Below are positions 24,068 through 34,200 of a stretch of 39,545 nucleotides of DNA, in pieces (position 1 is the first letter of the stretch; every line of letters starts with the position of its first letter). The position numbers and the translations under genes are program-made. Under the pieces are notes generated by a model that saw nothing but the letters and a program-made list of their open reading frames with translations, searched no databases and was not told the DNA's origin. The DNA is from Sphaeroforma arctica JP610 (lineage: Eukaryota): the NCBI RefSeq assembly GCF_001186125.1, contig NW_014039728.1, positions 1 through 39,545 of the forward strand, given 5' to 3'.

Positions 24068-26848
24068 ATGACGAAAGGGAAAAATAAGGCAGCGAATGTA
24101 GCCAAGGCTGCAAACGCGAAAAGGTTTATTGTAGGCGAAGAAAAGCAGAAAACACCCCCGGCACCATCAGTAGAAGCTGAAGCAACTGAGATCACGCCGG
24201 TACAACCGGCACCAACTCTGACTAAACGCAAACATAAGAAGTTGGTTGACTCGGGTGTAGGTGCATCCGGAGGTAATGTGACTACGGAGCCATAGAAGCC
24301 ACCAGCGAAGAAGGCGAAATCTCGAAAGGGAAAAGCCGAGAAAACGCAATGCTCGGAAAACTTCAGAGGAAGTGCGACATGCACTGAAATCAGATGTATC
24401 ATCCCCACCAGTGGACACGCGCACAGCACGTAGGCAAGATCCTACTTATCATATGATAGCAAGGGATAGGAGAACCTTTCTGAAGAACTACCAACCAATG
24501 GTACATGAATTGAGACCTACTAAGCAGCGAAAAAAAAGCAAGCCGCAGCGAAGGATCAAGGTCATGGTGAATCAGGGGAGGATGACTCGGAAGATGTGCC
24601 AATAGCACAAACACTGTTGGATCAACCCCAAATCAACGTAGCGGAGGAACAACTGCGTTTCATGGATATAGGTCCGGATGATGTGGACCATACACTTCAC
24701 CATCAGGACGACGATTCGGACACTATGTTGGATTCACAATTCCTGCGCTTACCAAAACACCACTCCGACCGGCTTGGCGACAGAACTTTGATATGGGCCA
24801 TCCATACCAGACTCAGATTGATATCCAAGGGGAGGGTCAACAAGAGTTTATCCGTCAGCGGGCCAACCGGGCATGGGTGTTTCGAAACACGTATGGAACG
24901 TACTTTCCGGATGTAATGAAGGCCAACCCGGATGGTACAATCTCACCGAGTTATGTAATGAATGCAGCAGTAAGAAATTTTGGGCTCGATTTGTTTAGAG
25001 ATTCTAAATACTATAATCGGCTAGTAGCAATGAAAACTGACGAAGGTAAGCAGGCACGCAAACTTTTTCGCCGGTTTCAAAAGATACTACCGAAGGTATT
25101 TGGAACTAGGAGAGATGGAAGTTTTGCACACTTAATTTGGTACGCAATTCGGTATCTTCTTGGAGACATTCCCGACTTGATATCAAACCATTTGGCACTC
25201 TATCAAGCCATATTGGCGTTTGAGATGTTGTCAGACAATGGAGAGGCAAACAGAATCCGATCTTCTTCATCCGAAGCTCAATCTTTTCCTGGATTGGACG
25301 CAACAGTAATGTCGCGAATGGCATCTGAACAGGAGCCTAAACCAAATCCGCCACCGGAAGTAAATCCACAGAATGCCCCAGAGGTGTTTCCGAAGGAAAA
25401 ACCGACCAAAGAGCCTAAACCTGATCAGGTGGAAGCTAGAAAACCTTTGTCGTCATCGGGAGACAGTTCGCCCCCAGCGGCTATCCCAACGACGACAAAA
25501 GATGCTGTTCCATCAGAAGCGTTCATTCACATTGAACAGGTCGATGGATCAAAGGATGAGGCGGACAACTGACTGCATGGTCAGATGCAGTTAGAAAAGA
25601 AGGGATCAGATCACTCTAGTAGTGATCTGAAAACTGCTGAATTCATTGTTCGAATGAACAAGGCTGAGGCTGCTTCACTCGAGGCGATGGATCTAGGTAG
25701 GATTGATGCCGCTAGTCTTTATATGACAATGGCTACGCACTTCCAGACTAAGATTTATTCAGAACTAAGAGTGATTGTGGAAGGCAAGAAGTTTGTAAAG
25801 GACATAAGTAAACTACCGACGACATAAAGATCTGATCGAAAGGACCGGAAGGATCCAATCGATACTAGCAGTCTGGCGTTGTTGTCTAGGTCTTTGAAAG
25901 AGTTTGGACAAATTATGCTTACAGCCAATCTACGGAAGAACTTATGGTTCGAAGTAGTGCAGCAGAGCTTTAAGCCGTCCACTTACAAGTACAACAAGTA
26001 AGAGAAGGCAAAACAAGAAATCACTAAGCTGAAAACGTGGAAAGAGCAGAGTGAGATGATCGTCCACTTATTTTCGACGGACGACCGGAATTGCTTGTAT
26101 CGATCATAATACCACCGGACGAAGGAACGCCGGTGTCCCACTACTTATTAGAGTTGGACACACACATGTCAAGGGCACACAATCAGGAGATGTCACCTGA
26201 CAAACTATCCATGTGTGTACTATGGGTGCAGACAATCTTCTGGTCAAACCTACATAGGAGAGATCAAGAGATTCTGTACGCTGATATGCATCAATCTTAC
26301 CCGGACAAGGTACGAGAGATATCCATTGAAGGACCTACCTACGGCATAATGAAGCTAGCGGACTTAACCTGGGCTGAATTTTACTCGAGAGCGGATCAGA
26401 CGTTTACCAAACTCCCTAGTTCCGCCGTGAAAGTCACTAATGCTCAGAGGAAGGTCGGCGGCAATCTTACCGGGGAATCAGGCAATGGTCGAGACTCTCA
26501 GTCCACTAATGGAGGTCAGAAGGTAAACAAAAGGGGTGACAAAGGTGGCAATAAGAACAAAATACAAATAGTTCTGAAGGCCACAAGAACAATGTCATCA
26601 TTAAGGGTAACCAGACCAACAGAAATGGACCGCCGGCAGGCAACCCTAAGCCCAGGCATAGGGAGGTCAAGAACTGTAGTGAGATCGATTGCAATTGGCG
26701 AATGACCCAACATGAGCCGAATGGCAGATGGACTGGAAGGCACGCAGACAAGTGCAAGCACTTTATCGAGAAGTGTGCCGACTGTACCGGGACTGGAGGT
26801 TACCACAAGCATACATGCAAAGTGCAACCAAAGGTTGAAGTTAAGTGA
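24068..26848 (+). pseudogene. Gypsy-1 long ORF1/gag (~900 codons, disrupted) with N-terminal extension and C-terminal Cys/His fingers
   Basis: Consecutive ORF fragments 24068, 24372, 24596, 24793, 25585 and 26091 lie between the LTR and the protease. The C-terminus is CSEIDC-X16-HADKC...CADC-X6-HKHTC followed by TGA at 26846. Confidence 0.65.
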
Positions 26849-27720
26849 CAAACATACCGGGTCTTGTCACTAAGACAAAAAGACGCACCTCAGGACGAGC
26901 GTGTAATCCTAGATATACGAGTTAACGGACATGAAATAAAAGCGTTGCTGAATCCGGGCTCGCAAATTTCATGTATATCCTCTAGATTTTGTAAAATGAC
27001 AGACGTAACTCGTAAGTCAGAGCCAACTATGTTGAAACTGGCTGATGAAAGAGAGATCACTTGCAGAGAAATGGCAATCGATCTTAGGTTTACATTGACA
27101 GACCAACGTACTATAGTTACTAAGGCAGTCATATGTAACACTTCACCAGACTATGATCTCATAGTAGATATGAGTGATTTATTGTCATTAGGTATCACAA
27201 TTACAGGCTTACCTACTAACATTGAACCACAGAAGGATCAGTCGGACGACAACTTGTTGAAATCGGTATATAAACCTTCGAAGACTGTGAAGGAGATGAT
27301 CCCTCACTTCACAGAGAAACTCAAAGAAGTGATTTTCGAGAACGACAAGATTCGGATCACTGACTGTGCTAAGTTCAAATTCAATAACGGATACGTTAGT
27401 CTAGACCTGACGAGAGTAGATTTCTCGAAGCTGAAGTGTCCTACACGTAACTATGTTGCATGGCGTCATGAGCAAGTCGTACGATAACAGGTTAAAGTAT
27501 GGTTAGATGACGGAGTGATCGCAGTCAACTACGAGCCGACTCCCGTCAACCTAGCGCTTTTAGCCGTCGACCAATTCAACTCTGACGGGACGCTGAAGAA
27601 AGTTCGGGTGTGTTTGGATATGAGCCCAATTAACGCTTTGGTACCGACACACAATTTTCACTTACCAAGGATAAACGAACTACTAAGGCTCATGGAGGGA
27701 GCTAAGATAATCTCCACTAT
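26849..27720 (+). pseudogene. Gypsy-1 aspartic protease and N-terminal RT fragment
   Basis: IRVNGHEIKALLNPGSQISCIS (catalytic D>N), DYDLIVDMSDL and KVRVCLDMSPINAL...LPRINELL...GAKIISTI. Internal stop at 27485. Confidence 0.88.
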
Positions 27721-29797
27721 CGCCATGGCTATTAATACCACAGTTGCTAAATCATGTAAATATTCAAGATGCTACCATCACGTTGTGTTGTCCCCTAAGA
27801 CACTCAGATAAATGGCTACCACGGTTGATCTCAATGATACAATGTGAGCCGATCTATGTGGATAGAGAGGTAGATACTTTTCTTTACCAGAGTACCCGTG
27901 CAGTCCAAAAGACGCCTTGGCGACATACTATAATATGCCGAATAGGTCCAGTTGGAACGACCAAGTGGACACCATCCGAGACTTTCAAACAGAAGGTTGA
28001 GGAATCCAAGATTCCACTCTTGAATCCTATGTCTCAATCAGAGACTGGGACAACACAAGCACCTGCAGTATGTGTGATACAGCCAAATTTAAAGGAATCA
28101 AAGAGGAGCGCAACACTAGCGAAAGCCTTCTACAAAAAGATACGGTCTGACAGGGAAACTGCATACCAAGCAGAAACTCGATTGCTTAAGCAATTGATGA
28201 ATGACTTTCCTGAGGTATATGATCATGTGACTCAACTAATGGATAGATCAAATATTAGTCGGATTCACGATGTAGAAGCTTTAGGCGAGATTGGGCAAGA
28301 CGGGTCTTCGAGTCCAGGTGATGACGCGGTGGAATCCTCATCTCCTGATTTCAATGTAACAAGTAGATCACAGGAGGCGATTCTGAAGTGGTTAAGACAA
28401 AATCATGCTCTTAAGCACATTGATAAGGTTAGAACCGAGAAAGATTGCAAGAGGTACGGAATCGTACTCCCGAACCTCAAGCAATATATATCTCAGGTGT
28501 ATCACGAATGTAACAACTGCGAAGTTAACCGAATCAAGCGCCACGGATACGCACCTTTACGCAGCATATCAGAAGACGAGCCGTGGCGCCGGGCTATCAT
28601 TGATTTGGTTGAGCTACCCACGTCCGAACACACGAAGGATAAATATGTTTGTCACGTGTTTGATGTCGCATCAAGATATAATGTATTGTATCCGCTGAAA
28701 GATAAATCGACACAAACTGTGGCTGAGGGTATATATAAGTGCTTCGCAGATTTCGGCTGGCCAGCTATAGTATGTTCCGACAACGGTAGTGAGTTTACAG
28801 GAGATGTCATGACGACACTGTTACTCGTTGCGGGATCATGCCATAAGATGGGTGTACCTTACAAGCCTCAGACACGAGGTGCAAACGAGGTACGACACAG
28901 AAAGATGAAGGAGTTCATGCAAGGAGCACTACTTGATGATGCTGACATGTGGCCATACTCAATCAATTGGGTACAGACACAGATGAACGAATCCCTTGAT
29001 TCAGTCACTGGCACAACACCCGCTCACTATTTCCGGGGCCGTTATAGTGAATTACAGATCCCCTTCAACAAGGAGTCTCAAGATGATCATGTGTTACCAT
29101 GGTTAGAGACGATGCGTCGGACCAGAGATGTGGTCTATCCTTGCTTAAGGGAGATGAAGGACATCGCTCTCAAGAAGAGACAAAAGCGATGTAATGATAC
29201 CAAGAAAATTGTCGAGTTTGAGGTAGGCGATATAGTCAACATTATGGCTCGCAACTCCGATACAACTGAGCTTACGGCTAAATATATTGGACCATTTATG
29301 ATCTCTGTGGCCGATGAGAAGAGCGGAACGTATGAAGTTAACAACGTTGACGGCTCTAGTGCCTTAAATATTTTTTTTGGTCACATCGAATCCCTACGAC
29401 AGATGTCGTCTTTCGTCGCACACGTGAAGCTACTACACCTCTTATGTCTTACGAGTTTGAGAAGATTCTCAGGAAGTACAAACATGAGGATATGACATAT
29501 TACACTACGGAGTTCGCCGATGGAGCACAGTATGATCTTCCACCATCAGCATTTGATGATCCGGATGTACTAAAGACATTTAATAAGAAGTTTCGCAAAC
29601 GTTTACACAAAAATAGGGCTGATGCAGAATCAATCTTACCATCGAATAAGCGACCCGAAGTGGTTAAGATCTATCCACAGACATCATACATTCCCAGCTT
29701 TAAAGAGCATGGAATGTACGTACCTCCAAAAGGCATTAAGAAACGTCCCATCCACCATCGGGGACCACAAGGACCAAGCCCAAACGTAATAGAGTAA
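27720..29797 (+). pseudogene. Gypsy-1 methyltransferase C-half + linker + integrase + chromodomain-like tail (frameshift near 29375)
   Basis: PWLLIPQLLNHV...ITLCCPLRHSDKWL...KTPW; HALKH...CNNC; IIDLVEL, CSDNGSEF, GANEVRH; YIGPF; tail YEFEKILRKYKHEDMTYYTTEFADG...LPPSAFDDPDVLKTF. Confidence 0.88.
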
Positions 29798-30094
29798 CCG
29801 AGTAACTTATAACGGCTAAGTAAACTTTGTCTAAGAGAATATGACAAGCATTGAGGCCGTTATATGATCGAACCCCGTTTCTTTCCTTTTCGCTTGTACA
29901 ATTCATGTGAGCTTTTTGAGTCTATGTGCTAATACCACGTATAAGCCAACATTGTAATTTTCAAGCTGAGCGGGGGGGGGGGGGGGGGGGGGGGGGCGTA
30001 TGTAAAAATAGTCGGGTTCCTAATAGTAGTTGCACAGTTAACGTATTTCTAAAAATGTATAAGCGNNNNNNNNNNNNNNNNNNNNGGGGGGCTA

Positions 30095-30963
30095 TGTAAA
30101 AATAGCGGGTTCCTAATAGTAGTTGCACAGTTAACGTATTTCTAAAAATGTATAAGCGTATAAACGTTTATACTTATAATACTGGAATACGTTTAACGAA
30201 TTGGACACGAACAAGAACTGAGAAATTCAAGATTCTGAACATGTGACAGTACTCAGTAGGGTATGGGACTCTACTGTGGACAATTAGGTGGCTTTCCAAA
30301 TATAGATTGGGTTTTCCACTGAAATTAGAATTGTACATAGTATAGGAACGACACCAATCTGACACCTGACTGGGAGTACCATGAGAGAGGGTCTCAGGCA
30401 TGAAATGGTTGTTGGTACAAACCTATGGTATAATTCGCTAATGATCAAGATAATCCACTGAGATAAGGATAGGATCAGAGTTGTTAGAATTTAGGACAAA
30501 ATGGGTTTGATTCCTCCTAGCCAGCCAACTAGATGTGCCCGTCTATGCCATAAATGGGATGGGGAGCTAGGTACCAAGTGATGGGGTTTAGGTGCAGATG
30601 TATACTGCACCAGCTTGGTGTTTTGATTTTATTTTTTATTTTCTTAAGTTGGACTTAGAGGTATTTTATTGGTTAGTTCGATTAGGTAATTGTTTCGAGG
30701 CGTGAAATGTAAACTATGCGTCCAATGAAATGATATCTAGTCTTAGTGACTAAAACATAAATAAATCTAGACCGAAGTAGTGAGTGATTAGAGCGAAGCA
30801 TATAGACAATAGTCTCAGTCTAAAATCTCCTAATCTTTTGCTCATTACCAAGGGCTGAAGCTAAACTGATTTAACATTTTGCATTTAACGTATTAACGTA
30901 TTGTCTTTTAAACGTAAACGTATTGGTATCGTATAGTCAGCCTAGAAACGACCGACTTTTACA
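30095..30963 (+). repeat. Gypsy-1 3' LTR (TGTAAAA...TTTTACA), preceded by a G-run polypurine tract; its start is duplicated at 30001-30065 across an N gap
   Basis: Matches the 5' LTR. G25 at 29972-29996 and GGGGGG at 30086-30091. Confidence 0.92.
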
Positions 30964-31670
30964 CATACACATACACATCGGCGTACAACAGGTATAGTTA
31001 GATGGTTTCCATACATATACATCGGCATACACAAGTATAGTTAGATAGTCAAGAGAGTAAGACTAAGCACGGGTAATTCTGGTGCAAATTGGGGGTTTAA
31101 CATCATATGGCCGTGAAATTGGTACAGCGAACAGACACCTAACATTTGCGGCATACAAAGGTATAGTTAGATGGTTTCCATACATATACATCGGCATACA
31201 CAAGTATAGTTAGATAGTCAAGAGAGTAAGACCAAGCACGGGTAATTCTGGCGCAAATTGGGGGTTTAACATCATATGGCCGTGAAATTGGTACAGCGAA
31301 CAGACACCTAACATTTGCTACACATGTGACACTAAGAATATACAAGCAAATGGTGTCATTATTATCATTATATCATCCTATATCACAATAGTAAACAGCT
31401 ACCACACATACAACACTACAGGCATATACACAACACATACACTAGGCATATACAGGCCAACGGTGTCATGCAAGGTAATATCATCCCATATCACACAATA
31501 GTAAGCAGCTACTACACATACAACACTGTAGGCATATTAATAACGCTATCCCTATCAGTGTCAGCTGCATCTGAATGAGATGCATAAAAGGATACATCAG
31601 AACCAAATACACTACACTTACAACTAGGCATATACCAGCAAACGGTGTCATGCAAGGTATTATCATCCCG
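30964..31670. repeat. Complex satellite-like repeats: ~170-bp duplication (30990-31149 / 31160-31318) plus a second degenerate repeat (~31340-31670)
   Basis: Direct repeats visible. The same CATCGGCA..CAAG..TAG.TAGAT unit occurs left of Gypsy-1 at ~23105-23160. Confidence 0.8.
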
Positions 31671-33854
31671 TTTGCTTGAAGAAGTGCCAGACGTCAGATG
31701 ATAAACCTCATCAGACGCGTCCTAACCAGACACGTGCTCGCGACTCCACTCAATCCACTCGACCCAATAAACGGGCACGCGCGGAGGCGAAGGACAAGGA
31801 ATCTTCATTTAAGGAGATTTAGAAATGTGCCGACGCACAGTGCGGGTATGACATTTACCAATTGACCCCTAACGGTTATTGGAATGGCAGACATGCACTC
31901 ACCTGTTCACACTTTCTTACTAAGTGCGAAAAAAGCCCGACATTAAGTTGGAGTGAAAGTACTACCAGGTACAATCGTTACAAAGGAAATACAACGACTC
32001 TTTAGACGAGCGTGTAATAATACCTGTATATTGCAATGGAAATAAAGTCCTTGCATTGATTGATCCTGGTTCAGAAATTTCATGTATATCCGACCGCTTT
32101 GCATTAATGAAAGACATTGAAAGGCGAACTCAAACTTCTCACCTAATCTTAGCAGATGACAAAACTTCTAAGTGTGATACCATGGCCACAGATGTTAAAA
32201 TCTCCCTGGCCGATGATAGAAATATCACTACTCGAGCTGTGATAGTTCAGATGTCATAGAAGTACGACTTAATAGTCGGAATGAGTGTTTTACTCACTCT
32301 AGGTATAACCGTAACTGGTTTACCAAATAACATAGATCCATTAAAGGATCAATCAGATGATAACTGTCTGAAACCATATAAGCCCCTGTCAGACACAGTC
32401 AAGGCATTGATACCTGACTTTGCGGACAAAATCATGGATCTGATTTTAGTAAATAAGAAGATAAAGATCACAGATTGGGCAAAATTCCGCTTTAACGACG
32501 GATATGTCAGCCTTGACTTAACCAAGGTAGACTTTACTAAGATCAAGTGCCCTTCAAGAAACTATGTTTCTTGGAGACACGAAGCTGTAGTTAAAGAACA
32601 AGTTGAGAAATGGTTATCCGATGGGGTAATCGAAATCAATTACCAACAAACGCTAGCTAATTTAGCATTATTGGCAGTTGATCAACACAATTCTGACGGA
32701 ACATTTAAGAAAGTCAGAGTATGTCTAGATATGGGTCCAAAAAATAAGATATTGCCGACTCATAGTTTCCATCTCCCTCGTATAAACGAGTTACTGAGAC
32801 GAATGGAAGGTGCTACGGTGTTTACATCCATAGACCTAACACAGGGGTATCATCAAATGCAAATTTATGAACCCCATCGTAAGCACTTTAGTTTTACCTG
32901 GAAAGGTAAACAATACAGGTTCAGAGGTGCACCTTTCGGGTTGCACACCTTACCAGCATCCTTCCAACAAGTAATAGAGGAAATGTTTGCAGACATGCCT
33001 AACGTGCAAGTTTATATAGATGAAATAGTCGTCTTTTCTAAGACTAAAGGCGAACATGCCGCATTAGTCAGGCGAGTCCTTCAGAGACTCAGTGAACAAA
33101 ACTTCAATATAAACGAGAAGAAATGTCACTTCGCCATGAGCGAAATACAGCTCTTAGGCTACCGAATATCTGGGGAAGGTATTAAACTCGACCCCGGCAA
33201 GGTAGAACACCTGTTAGATTGGCGAACACCAACTACAGGAAGAGATGTTAACAGCATGTGTGAGGTTGTAAACTTCTTTTAAGATGGAGTACCACACTTG
33301 GCTGATTACCTTAAACCTTTTGGACACTTAAGATGTCATAAAGGCAAACTAGGAGACTTGTGAACTAAAGAGTGTGATGACACATTTAAAGCGCTCAAAC
33401 ACGAAGTCCAGCAAGCCCCTGTTGTACAAGGACCAGTCGATGGCGTGCCGTTTGAAATAGCAACGGACGCCTCCGACTTAGCCTTGAGAGGAGTATTATA
33501 TCAGGTTATAGATAACAAGCCTAGATATATACAATTATTTAGTCGAGCAATGAATGCTTCACAGTTGAATTATCCAACTGTTAAACAATAGCTATTAGCC
33601 ATAGTGGCAGCTCTAACACACTTCCGAGATTACTTATACGGAACAGCATTTACGCTGATGTGTGTGATCAGAAATCTCTTCAATATATGAAAGAGATGAA
33701 ACCCGACTCACAATTACTGAGTCGCTGGCATGATACAATATCAAAGTTTCATTTTGATATAATACATCTGCCAGGAATACATAACCATTTACCGGATATG
33801 TTATCACGCTTCGTACCGGACTTTAATAAATCCGTACGTGAGTTACTAACCACT

Positions 33855-34200
33855 GACTGGAAATGTAATCCCAGGTGGTTTGAACTGGCACAAAAGATAT
33901 TTGGGCCACATACCATAGATATGTTTGCTGCACATCATAATGCACAACTATCGAATTACAGGACTTTAAATCATCCTTTGGGAGACGCTTTTCAAATAGA
34001 CCTCTCCAAACATAATGCGTGGGCTAATCCACCATGGCAGTTAATTGCCCAGCTATTAAATTATGTTTGTATACATAAAGCTACCATCACGTTGTGTAGC
34101 CCATTACGGAGAAAAGATCCATGGCTCAATAAATTAATAAGCATCATACTATAGTATGTATAATATGTCGTATAGGTCCCATTGGAACAACCAAATGGAC
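33855..34200 (+). pseudogene. Phage-Dam/DIRS-type DNA N6-adenine methyltransferase-like domain, in frame with RNase H in the Gypsy-2 pol
   Basis: TDWKCNPRWFELAQKIFGPHTIDMFAAHHNAQLSNY...GDAFQIDLSKHNAWANPPWQLI...ITLCSPLRRKDPWL. DMFA (SAM-binding motif I-like) at 33918-33929 and NPPW (amino-MTase motif IV) at 34026-34037. Confidence 0.85.

Larger units (their letters stand above)
23163..30963 (+). mobile_element. Gypsy-1: Ty3/Gypsy (chromovirus-like) LTR retrotransposon, ~7.8 kb, internally deleted (most of RT, RNase H and the N-half of the methyltransferase missing)
   Basis: Two ~870-bp LTRs, gag-like ORF, protease, RT start, integrase with DDE, chromodomain-like tail and a G-rich polypurine tract. 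Confidence 0.93.

Noticed and set aside
29972..30094. G25 run and apparent third LTR start at 30001
   Set aside because: A polypurine tract next to an N gap. The duplicated LTR start and the G-run length are most likely assembly artefacts.
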